A stretch of DNA of 61,633 nt, counting the filler, from Choristocarpus tenellus KU-1152 (taxonomy: Eukaryota > Protista > Phaeophyceae): assembly GCA_964200185.2 (NCBI GenBank). It is 11 parts of 11 records of this genome, joined end to end, with 100 filler letters (N's around TTAATTAATTAA, not from the genome) between each part and the next. Parts side by side here need not be neighbours in the genome. Positions count along the whole stretch, not along the records: positions 25,105 to 30,611 come from CAXNAD020010581.1; positions 30,712 to 34,054 come from CAXNAD020020677.1; positions 34,155 to 38,575 come from CAXNAD020014623.1; 8 more parts are not named here. One strand, written 5' to 3'. This document shows positions 26,591 through 38,575 of this stretch, one piece after another (position 1 is the stretch's first letter; the number at the start of each line of letters is the position of its first letter). Under the pieces are notes generated by a model, which was not told where the DNA came from, did no database searches, and worked only from the letters and a program-made list of their open reading frames with translations. A program made the position numbers and the translations under genes.

Positions 26591-29500
26591 GGGCTGCAAC
26601 TGAGGGTGGTGGAGTGTGGGGAGGTAGTTGTTTGTGCTGGTGTTTTTGTTTGTGTGTGTTGTTGTGATCAGGGGGGGGGCTTTGCTCAGTTCGCTAGCCC
26701 TCTTCCTGTATCGTAGTTTGTGAACCAGAAGGCGTTTCGCCTATGAAAGGTGGAATTGAGGTGTCCTCTGGTTCAGGTGAGTGCTGATTGGATTGCCCTG
26801 TTGGAAGGAAGGACGGGGATAATATTCACGAAGGGGCGGAAAGGATGCAATCAAGGCCCTCATCCAACAGTGGCTGTGAATATGGGATGGGCGGTGACCG
26901 GATTGAGTTAAAGCCTCGTGACTGAGGAAGATACGAGCGGGAGAGGGAAGTGGACGTCATGGGTGGGGGGAGGGGGCTCACAGCAATTTGTGTCCTGAGC
27001 CCTCGTACCCGAGTAAATGGTTCTATGGTGTCATTTTTCTGTCTGAAGCCTGTGTTGCAGAGGAGAGGTAATATTGTGTCGAGACACATTATGTTAAGTG
27101 TGGCTGGTTTTTTCCATAATGTCTTTTTTGTTATTTTTGTTGTGTTATTTTGGGGGTTTTTCCCAGGTGGTGGCAAGATTAATAAGACTTGTGCTGTATA
27201 TAGGAGGTCTACTCTTGGACCCTACTACCACCTGTGATGCTTTCTGTTTATGTGACTATGCTTTACACTACAGTAGAATTGGCATTTTTCGTGTTCTAGA
27301 TCTGGGGAGGGTCCTCCATCCCCTCATCCCCTGTTTGTACTAACCCAATATTCAACTATGGAGCTAGTGGATTGTGGGCTGTGCTTACAGATTTTGTGTG
27401 TGTGTGTGTGTGTGTATTCTTGATGAAGCTCTGGACTCTTCAACAGTGGATTAGGGGTTTGCATGGTAGGCCAGTGTTACAGCAGCTTCTGAGACCTGCA
27501 ATACTGCCCCTCAATCGAGCCCACTTTACTTGTAGAGATGAGAGCTGGAGTTGAGGTGCTACACCATTGCGTTATCACATTTACTGTCACCGTATCAACT
27601 AGCACGGACGAGAGTCATGTGGTGGTTTTGGTTGTGAAATGCCAGCGGCGTTTGTCGCCTGTGATGCCTGTGGAAGGTTGCCATCAGCTGCCCCACGATT
27701 CACACCTACCACACTCCCTCACCAAACACACCCCTTTGGCCCTCTGCAATCCAGTCCCCATTGCAGTAATACTGTAATACTTGCTGCAAAGTGGTGTTGG
27801 TGTGCATTATGTATAGCAGAGAGTGGCACCGGTGTGCATGTGTTGGTATGTGTGTTGATGTGTGTATATGGCAGGACACGTTAACTTTTGAGTTGTTGAG
27901 GGATAAATGGAATGCTGGGCGATACTACTCTGTTACCATTTTGCTCTGAGTCAATCCGATTGTTGTGTATTTGTTTGTGATGGCTGATGTGTGTTGTAGT
28001 AGACCTTGACAGGTCAGCAGGTTTTGTTGTGGGGTTGGCACAAGACAGCAATCACGAAGGGACTAGGAGGAATTTATGTCCATTTGAGTGGGATGCGGTT
28101 GACTTGCTTCTCTTTTTGAGTTTAGCTTGTTGTATCATGTCCCTTATGGATCTCGCACTGTCTGTTGTTAAATATGTAACAGAAAGCGCGTGTGTTTGTG
28201 TGTGCATCAGCAGTTGATTATTGCGTTCACTGTATTCTTTTCGTGTTTGGTCTAGGTAACTTTGCCTGGAGTGTTGTGTGTAAGAGCGGGGGGTACTTTG
28301 ACTGCGAGTTGGAAGTACCTGCTTGATGTATCAATGTTGATACATCAAGATACATAACACCATCTCCACTTTGCCCCCCACCTACCCACCCCCGTGAGCC
28401 ATTCAGCCTAGTCTGTCGTTGAGTCTTGCAACATATAAAGTGGCCCTTGCGTGGTCCTTGGCTGCCATTGCAAATGGGATAACTTGGGGGGCAGTATGGG
28501 CACCTACCTCTCGGTGGTGATGGGCAACCCCTCAAGTTCGCACATGTGTTTTTTTGGTGTTACGTGTATTGATGATTGTTATTGTTGTTCTGATTTGCTA
28601 GATGCTGGAAGTATAGTCATTTCTTGATGATCTGAAATAGATGCTCAGTCGCTGACCCTGTACCTTGTTAGATGCACTTGGTGTGGCCTTTTCACATTTG
28701 ATGGGCCAATGAAAGACTGGGGTAGATACTTGTACATGCTACATGCACAATTGTCCTCTGGATCATGTGCGGGGCAAGAAACTGGTGCCAGATACGTTTA
28801 TTTGTATGTGTATGTATACGTGCATCGCACTGTGTATTTTTCTTATATTGTGCTTTGGCTGTTATGTTTGTGAGGATATGATGATATCGGGTGCTGTTTG
28901 TATTGGTTACATGTATGTAGAGTGCTGATATGTGGTTTGTGTGGTGGCTGATGAGAAAAAGTGAAGGCACTATTGATTGATGCCCCACTGAACCAAACAC
29001 AGTGCAATAAGCTTGTTGTCAGCATGCATGCAAGTAGAATCGATTTATTTTTTTTGCGGGTTGTTGCGATTTTTGTGCATATTCAACCCTTGAACCCCAG
29101 CCACCTACTCGAGTATGTGGACAGAATGGTTTGATTATTCGTTTTGATATTACGTCTCCTAGTTTTTAGTAGAAGTGTGTTGTTGTCGCCAGGCGAGGAG
29201 AGTGCTCTTAGGAGAGATGATATGTACCCTGCATCAATGATACCATATCTCAGCTTTGCCATGTCACACCTGCGTCTTGAATTGTATTTTTTTGTAATGC
29301 AAGCGGAAAAGTTTGATTGTGGTGGACTGGACATGCTAAGTGTAAGGATTATGGGATACATATTATGAGGCAAGAGAAGTTGCGTGAGCAATGTTTCACA
29401 TACTACTATCGTAGCTTGCCGTGCATTCCTGAGCATTGTGTCCACAGTGCTATAGAGTCAAGTAAAATCGCGAAGAAATGGAAGGGAACTATTTAGTTCA

Positions 29501-30711
29501 ATGTATCACAATATGAGGACTTTTTAGGTTGTGAAAACAAGGAATCCATTATGCTTATTACTTGAGAGTTCAGAGGTGTTGAGTTTGTTGTAGCTAATTG
29601 CTGTGTTTGTTCTGAGAACACCCTACTAATATAACTATACGATTTCATCTACTACAAAAACACACATATTATATGCGATGATGCATAATACTCATGTGTG
29701 TAAGTCATCCACAATCATTTATTTATTTATACATACATGCGCTCTATACAGGATAGGTGGTGAGTGAGGTAAGTGCCAGGTCATGATTTGATATCGAAGG
29801 TAAGTCAAGACTGTTGCGACACGTTTTTACGGATTTTCCATGCAAAGATTGTCGTAGAGTGGGACATGTACATGACGAGCACAACATTGTCCCCTCTGTT
29901 GGCCTAGAAGTGCAAACAGAGCATATATATATATATATATATATATAATAACAGGAGCACATACATAATACTCACATAAATTTCAAAATATACGTACATT
30001 ATTACCAACCTGAAATAGATCAAAAATCATTGTGTATTATATACTTTTATAAGCTTTCTAAGATGATGCGTGACCAGTATTGTTATGGAAGGTATGAACT
30101 ATGAACCACTGCTGTTACTGCTACTCTACCTAGAGAAGTACAGTAGCACAAAAATAAGGATAGATCCTTACTACACCAACTACGAACAACACACGAACAA
30201 TGGAATACACTGCACTATTGCTAATAATACTATTACGAAGAGTTCACAACTAAATGTCATTTAATGTTTTCCTCTTCCAACATCGTATTCCAGAGTACAT
30301 TATTTCCTAGTGACTCTATTACCTGCAACCACCTGTTGCAGGGGAGGGAAAGATCCGAACACCTTGCGCTCCGAAAACTTGACCAATGCAGCAACCATTT
30401 TGACACCCTTGAGTCCTTCATAAAATATATGCAAATGAGCTGAAGTAAGAGAGAGGTGCTCAGGTTTTGACCGCTTTAAATTTTAAGCCTATTTTCCAAT
30501 CTTTTGCCATTCACCCATATTTCTATGAATATGAAGTTCTAAGTTTGACTTGATAGCGCTTATGAGTCAAAGTATCTTAGAGAGTAGAGCCGCGTCCATT
30601 TGGAGGCCAAANNNNNNNNNNNNNNNNNNNNNNNNNNNNNNNNNNNNNNNNNNNNTTAATTAATTAANNNNNNNNNNNNNNNNNNNNNNNNNNNNNNNNN
30701 NNNNNNNNNNN

Positions 30712-32311
30712 ACTCAGTACCACGGTATAACGGTATATGGCATACGGCAATAACGGTATAATAACAGACAAACATGCTTTTCACTTATTCGCTAATTAAA
30801 AAATTGCGACTGCCAAAAAAATCGGGAATGTCTGCTTGTTTGATTGCCCTTGCCCCGATTGCGCTGAGTCAAGTCAGCTTTGCTATCTGGAGATATGTCA
30901 GTAAGAAAAATCCCTCATGCTGCACTCTTCGGCGGTTGTTTCTAAGCTTGCAAACTCGTCAGCTACTTGAGAGTACGGCGGTGGATGAATCGAGAACACG
31001 GAAGAGGCTGCTCCTTTCCTCACGGTCCCCGATTCGCTACCCCCTCCCACAAACCCACCGTCATCCTCATCACCCGAACTTTCATTATCTGACTGGTACG
31101 AGGATTCCTCGAGCAGCTGGTCTTTCATGTCCTCTAGTATCGCATTGACCACTTCATCGTTGTCTTCCACACCGATCCATGCTCTCGCTGCGTCGATGGA
31201 AGCCTGAGACGGGCTTTCATCGGGTTTGAGGTGCAGAGCGTCAAGAGCATCGGAGATATCCTCATTAATATATAGGGACACCTTGTGTGGGATGTAACTC
31301 TACAAGCAAAATGGTCACCTGTGATACTACAGTACACAGGATAGACATTACTGTACGACAGAAACGCGCGCAAAATTTCATGAAATTCAATCATGATCCT
31401 CATCAGCAGACAGTGCAGATTGACAATTCAGTCATGATCACAATTAACCTACTTTCAGACTTTCAATCCATGCGCTGATGCACCTCGACATGTTTGGTAC
31501 CCCTCGTAGACTTGCAGTCAGGCTTCAGCGTCTGCGCTTTCTCCATGAGAGTTGTTGCCTCCTTCAACATGTAGAGGGTGCTGTGACCGATTCCAAGCTT
31601 TTGAGCAACCGCAGTTCTTGTCATGGTCTTCAGGATTATCAACACTTCCACGTTCTCACCGAGCTCAAGCGTTTACGATTGTCGGCACTGTGAGGCTTGT
31701 AGGACGCATCTTTCTCTGTAGATATATTTGGCAGAACCTTCCCCTTGCCCTTCCTTTCTTCTCATCGTAGTGCTTCGACGACGAGGTGTCACCGGCTCGA
31801 GGACTCGAAGCCTTGCGCTTGGTAGGGCTCACGCACAATTTGCAGGCGCGTTTCATTTCACTTGTCCCAAAAAGGATCCACGACGCTGCAAATGCCATGA
31901 AGATAGCCACTACAAACGCGACACTTATGACGTACAGTGTGGTGGGCCAGGAGTATTACTCTGTATGTTGCAGCTGGACCCCGTTGCTCAGGGCATCGGT
32001 ACATCTGTACAATGCAGTCGTCTAAACTTGATGTGATATACTCTATGTACTCTACTGTGCAGTACTGAGAGACAAAGACTTCTATGCTGTATCGAGCCGG
32101 TTTGTATGTTATATTTTACTTAACTTTAGATATGACTTTTTGGGAAATCACTCACTCAAATAGTGAAAAAAAATGAGAGTTTGCTCGATATAAGAGAGAA
32201 TTGGGAGGAAAAACCCGACACCTTCCTTATAGTCATCATAAGGTAATTTACCCTCTTATATCCAATTTTCTCTTATATCGACCTCTCTTATCTACGTACA
32301 TCGACTTGGTA
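30712..32311 (-). mobile_element. Internally deleted pogo/Tigger-like (Tc1/mariner) DNA transposon
   Basis: 31690-31460 encodes a frameshifted CENP-B-type N-terminal HTH (RKRLS..EVLIILKTMTRTAVAQKLGIGHSTL..K..KSTR). 31281-30800 encodes the acidic C-terminus ending KQADIPDFF. The DDE core is missing. Reiterated subterminal GATATAAGAG motifs at 32187-32295. Confidence 0.7.
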
Positions 32312-32385
32312 CACCTTTTTTTCTCTTTTTTGAAAGTTGGAAAACACATCCCAACTCTAACTCCGTTACAACCCAACACCTTACC

Positions 32386-33734
32386 ATGAAGATGATTAAC
32401 CTTCCACGATGCCAATTAGCGAAGATGAAGTTATCACGGCTGATAGCAACTCTTGGGCTTTTCCTGTTAGGCTCTTATGTTTATTTTGTTGGAAACCTGC
32501 CACCTTCACTACCTGATATGGAGGAGGTCGAGGAAGGTCCTGTCACCTGGAATTCAATTCCAGGGAAGGAGACTGGTTGCCAGACTATAGTATTTTTCCA
32601 CATTCCGAAGACTGGAGGCGAGTCCGTGAGATACTGGGCTTCTCCAAGTTACAGGCGCAACAGGAAGAGATATGGCTGGGAAAATTTCCGTTTCATATCG
32701 ATCAGGACAAATCCCTTCGCTCACGTCAAACAGAAGCAACTCCTAAAATCTATGTGAGGGGGATCGTGGTTATCGTGTCACTTTCGGTCTTTATCCATAG
32801 CAAATTAACTCTGCAACCCACCGTCATTCTCGATTGTGTGGAGTAGACTTTGCAATCACGATACCTAATCCCATAGGCGATGCAAATGCAATCAATTTTA
32901 GGCATCATTTTGGGCATGCTGCAATTTTGAATCCTTCAATACTCTATCTCTGGTGCACTTCTTCCATTTTATGCTCTTGTGTGCCCGTTTGGACTATTCC
33001 CCGGTCTTGTTTATCGGACGTTGCAAGTTGCTCCTGTTCGATTATATGTCGATCAAGGTAAGAAGTAGTCATACCTTTTCCACAACCTTGAAATGGGTAG
33101 AAGTAGACCAGTACCGCTCACTAGTAGAGGCAGGCGCTTAGCACTGAGGTCTTTCACACGCAAACAAGCACCTACGAACTGCACTTTTGGCCTGGACCAG
33201 AACTCCCGTCGTCCCACCCCCACATCTATGGTCTCGGTGTGCATGCTCAACCTCTGACGATCCCAACCATCGTAAAATATCCCGGCAGCAAGCCTTGGAA
33301 CACGGAATGGATACGCACGAAAGGGACACACAACTTTGTGGAGCTACATTGTGGTCATGCACTCAGGTGGGGGATACACTGTCGCTGGAGAGCAGATACA
33401 GGTTAAGGCAAGGGAGAGGTGTAAGACGTAGATTACTGTGCCAGATATGTGGTCCTAAGTTTGAACTTAGACATAAGTAATATATATGTATGTCAAAGCC
33501 ACATCTTCTTTATTTTCTGCGCCCCTTTACTACCTCTGATGCATTTACATCCCATGGTTCAGTTTGATGCAGGCAGATGAGACTCTGGCAGAGATGAGAG
33601 ATGCCCATGAGCGGAACGGTTGTGGGTTCTTTGTCTTCACTATCATACGTGAACCTGTGGACTGGACATTATCGCTCTATAACGACATTTGCCATCGGAG
33701 ACTGCATGGTCACCAGGATACGTGCCCTCAGGAT
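32386..33734 (+). CDS. Golgi-type (type II membrane) sulfotransferase, 5' part; exons 32386-32753, 33289-33366, 33563-33734
   Basis: N-terminal TM (LIATLGLFLLGSYVYFV), 5'-PSB motif IVFFHIPKTGGES and 3'-PB motif FTIIREPVDWTLSLY. Phase-2 GT-AG junctions give KSI-KPWNTEWIRTKGTHNFVELHCGHALS-LMQADE. The gene runs off the contig. Confidence 0.85.
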
Positions 33735-34689
33735 GTGAGTAACTCCGTTTTCAATCTGCTGTTTGAATCAGCTTGTTGCATTTTTTGTTGAATATTACAA
33801 CTTTTACATATTTTCCTCAGCATCTTCATAGAATCGTGGTTGAAACTGACTTGTTCAAATTTCATGGACAAATTGAAGTATTGACACGAAATCGGTCTGC
33901 TAGAGCCCTTGTCAATTTAACTCAAACTCAAACTGGCTTGAAAGTCTGGTCGGCAAAGTGGGTCAAAGTATCTGGGGGGGGGGGGGGGGGGGTTTGGGGG
34001 GGGGGAACCGTTTCCGAGAAAAAACCGATTTTTTTCCAGAACAACAAAATTTTTNNNNNNNNNNNNNNNNNNNNNNNNNNNNNNNNNNNNNNNNNNNNTT
34101 AATTAATTAANNNNNNNNNNNNNNNNNNNNNNNNNNNNNNNNNNNNNNNNNNNNCCTACCAGCAACGTACTGTACTGCTGTGTGGTCATGACTGAGGAAG
34201 AAAGGCACTTTTCGCGAGAATTTTTTACGCGCGCGCTAAACTCGCGTGAATATCTCTGGTATTTTGTGTCAAATCGCCCGAATACGAGAATTCCGGTACA
34301 AAAGTCTATTTTTTGAGCATGTCGAAAAAATAGGTACAAAATGGGGTTTGGTACATAATAGTTGGCATAAAATCGGGGTAGGTACTGTACTAACACTTGT
34401 AGTGCAAAGTAGAAGCAGAAGAAGAGAAAACACACCTCCAAAGAAAATATAAAAAATCATTTATTGTAACAAAAAAAGGTGTGAAAGATTAAAGAAAAAA
34501 GAAAAAAGAGAAAAGAAAGAGAACCTGGAGACAGGTCTATCAAGGGCAAAAAACATCATTATCACATGTTACAAAAAGAAAACAAAAGGGAAAGAGAAGC
34601 AGAAAAAGGATACAGAAAAAATAGCCCAAAAAAGCAGCATTCAACACACAGTGCTAGCGGTAGTGTTGGTGGCTGGGGCGACCTCAGGT

Positions 34690-37600
34690 GCTGCTTCAGC
34701 GCGACACATATCAGCTAGTTATCACACAATTTCCTTGGAATGTCACTCTTCGTACGGTTGGAAGTTGTTGTGCCAGCAGTTACACGCCTTTACCTCTGCT
34801 GCTGATTAGTGACACTTTATGCTTCTTTCTTCAACTGCAATCCCATTTTTTTAAAGGCTACATTGCTGGAACATCCACCTTGTTCTTCTCCGTCACCTTG
34901 CTTCCATTTTCCAGCTGCAAGCTCCCCAAACATGAACATTTGGGGAATTCGTTCAACTCTAATGCCCCAGCAAATAGGAGTCTCCGTTTGCGAACAGTTG
35001 CTTTAATAATCTAATACCCAGTCTTCATTAGAGCATTTTTGTAGGAAAGTACGTGATTGGTGCATTCCCATTTGCGAAATACAAAACTTAGGAGGGAAAT
35101 TATGTGGTGATGGGAACAAAGCTTCAGATTATGGATCTGGAGGAGTGTTCATGCAATACAACCAAATATCATAGCCTCAGGTGCTTGCCTTGGTGCATTC
35201 AAATCTTAAGCTCAAGTGATACACCTGCCTAAGCTCCTGTCACACAGCAGTGTGAGGGATCCCAGACCCATGGTCAGAAGAAGGCAACAAACATTGGTTG
35301 AGAAATAAGAAGTACAACATTTTTTACTAATGGTAATACTCTAAAGGGAATAAAATGGAAAGCAGTGCAAGAAGAAGGATGAAAGAGATTGAAAAAAAAT
35401 GAAGGAGAAAAAAGTCAGTGTGTCTGCAAGTATAACAAAGGAAACCCAGGTGTAAATGCACCAATACCCCAAAAAAATGAGTGACACAGATCAACGCCAA
35501 AAAACGTCACTCACCACAAGTCATACAAGGAAACAAAAAAAGGGAAGGAAAAGGGTTGTAAGAAAATCAATTCCCTCAAAATTATACACTGAGAAAGCAG
35601 CATCCAACAACGGTGGTGGTGGTGGTGGTTGCTCAGACTGCCTTACCGGCTCCTTTTTTGTGATTGCAATGCCTATCGCAGCATCCTTGGAACGCCACTC
35701 TGCCATGAAGCCTGCTGTACCACAAACCCCATGAATGTGTACACTCATATCACTTCTCTCTCTTGGTTTCCCATGTGCTTCATCCCGCAACAATGATAAC
35801 AGACTTCTCGGGACTGTCTTGTACGCACATCTAACATAACTTCTCCTGACCACCTTGCTTCCGTTTTCCATATGCAAGCAGGCTTATTGTGATGGGGAGC
35901 AAAGCGCTAAAGGTTGCTCATGGACATTTTTTCAAGTGGGATGGAGCATTGATTCTATCCTTTTTGCTTACCTTTTAGACATGCGAATATTACCCCAATC
36001 AATCCAAGTGTCACTAACCCGAACCCTATCTGAGTGTGATCGTTGTCATACACGTCACACTGTGCGATATATCTATTCACTTTCAAGGACAATAACCAAA
36101 CGTATCACTTAGATGATTTATATTATCACTCTTGAGTATATACACTATTATTTAATTATTATTAATTTTTTAATTTAATTATTATTATTGGTATCTGTCC
36201 AACAAGTTCAAGACCTGAGGTGAAAGGTAGTCAAAAGGAGGAAATGCACACTACTTGATAGATACAACAAGAACTATAGGAGAAGTATATTAGGGAGTGA
36301 GAGAAGTAAGAACGAACGAATTACTCCACATAAGAAAAAGGGAAAGAAAAATGGAAGATGAAATCAGTGAACAAGTATAGCAAAGAAAACCTAGCAAGGT
36401 GTAATACAGAACTAACACTCAAGAAAAAAACTCAAGTTGTATCAGCCTGGTCCTATCTGAAAAAGCACTATTGATCACATGTCACACAATGGAAAATAAA
36501 GAGGAGGCCCAATGGGGACGCAAGAATGATAAGCTGACAAAGAGAAATGCGAGGAGAAAGCAACATTCAGCAGACAGGCATTGTGGTGGTTGCTTGGGTT
36601 GACTTAGCTCACTCTTTTAGCATGAAGTACCTACATCAATTTTCGCAAGCCACTCTGCCATGAAGGTCGTTGTGCCGCCAACAATACACACTTACCACTT
36701 GTGTTGATTGGTTGTCTTTGTGCTCCACCCCACATCTGTGATACCAAACTTATCGAGAATATCTTGTGGGGATATGCACCCACCGGTTCTTCTCTTGTCC
36801 ACCTCGCTTCCATTCTCCATCTGCGAGCTTCCCAAACATTAACACTCTGGGAAGTCGCTCATTCCCTATGTGTGCAACTAACATGCGATTAGGAATCTCC
36901 GTTTTTGCACGGTTGGTTCGGTACTCTCACATCCAGTCTTTGTAAGGAAGAGATTCTTTGTAAGACAGTGTGTAATCATTGCATTCCCATTAGCAAGATT
37001 CAATGCAGCATAGGAGCAATTTGTGGTGATGGAATCAAAGCTTCATAGAGTTGACCTGGCAGAGTGTCTATGTCATTCATCATACTGTTACACCTCAAGT
37101 AGTTCAACCTTGAGGTTTCAGATCTCAAGCTAAATTGTGTGAGAGGTACTGTCGTAGAAAACTTCGCTGTATTTGTGGAAACAGCTTCAAGGATCTTGAA
37201 GGTGAAGAACTTGTCAGTTTGCTTGTAGTTTGTCCCAACGCCCTGATCTGTATGATGTCCGCGGCCATATTGGGAGATTGAAAACACAAGGTCTCTGTCT
37301 TCAGATACAACACGGTCAAACCGTTGCCTTCATAATCACTATCATCACTCAGGCCAAACCTCCTTAGACCTTGGACAGAATGCCCAAATCCTCAGCATAA
37401 GCTTATCCCACAGGAGCTATTGAAGTCTTTCTCTACTCCGTGTTGCTCCTCATCCCCTAATTATTCTGGAGTAGTTATTAGTGGCCGCTATCCTATTTAC
37501 TTCAACGGTCGTTGGAGATTGCTGGTTCAAGATGAGCTCCCTATGGCTACTCTTAGCACTGCAGCAGTGAACAAGATGTTGAAGAGAGAATGAAGGCAAG

Positions 37601-38575
37601 AACGTAACCTTGTTGAAGGCCCTCTCCAACCTCAAATCAGTCTGTAAAACAACTTAATTGAGGTACATACATTCTCACCCGGACTCCTGAAGGGTACATA
37701 CGAGATATATCATGTCTACAGTACAGTATCGGGGCAGGAAACTATACTAGTCCTCAAGGGATATGTGTTGCTGTTCCACGTAATCTCCTACTCATTATGA
37801 ACAGCCCTGAGAAACACTTTCCCAGCGTGTGCCACCAATAAAATGCCCTTGGAATTTCCACTATCTGTCTGATCCTTCTTGTGTAAATCCTTCTAAATCT
37901 GTGGGATGGATTCCTTGCGCCACGCAACCAACCCAATCTTGTGGAAACTCGTTAGTAGGATAGCCTGGTCCTCCTTTAGACCAACGGGAAAGAAAACAGT
38001 GGATGGAAAATTATCTGGAATCATCACCTTCCGATTTCCCAATGCTTAATTTGCCTCTGCCACTACTTCCACCAGCGTTGGAGCATCTGTGAGCGCCATG
38101 CTCATGGATAATAGGTCGTCAATGCTACGAGGTTTGAGGTTGACCAACTTGTCATTGAGGGACTCTTTGAAGTATCGCCTCCACTGTTCCATGATGAGCG
38201 ATTGCTCTCTCAGAAGGTCCCTGATTCGTTGCGGATGTGTGAGGAGGCACTCTGTCTGGTCCCCCTTCAGGAAGCTGGCTCAGAAGAATTGCAACATTCT
38301 ACACAGAAGATACTATCAGGAGGGTAGTGTACAAATGACCAAGCTCAAGCAAGTTTCCCAGAGGCCTGGGAGGAGTGGGAAGGGGTATGGAAACAACCCT
38401 GCACTGACCCCCAAACAGCATTGAAGTAAACAGCAAGCAGCTCAAGTGGGCAAGGGCATCTACCATAAAATATTTTCTTGACAACTACACCAGAAAGGAG
38501 ATAGAAAAATCTTACACAAGTGTGAGGACCAAGATGGTTCCTACTAACACCGGAAGAACGTGTGCGAAGCCCCAC
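34690..38575 (-). mobile_element. Decayed non-LTR (LINE) retrotransposon region: one RT-containing copy (~36600-38575) plus two further 3' fragments (~34700-35300, ~35640-35960)
   Basis: Minus-strand remnants in the expected order: KLSIGKSEGDD (K-PG-D), AILLTSFHKI (RPISLL), FQGHFIGG (QxGF), LERAFNKV (DxxKAFD). 35040-35180 aligns by eye with 36960-37110, and 35690-35720 with 36650-36680. Confidence 0.6.
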
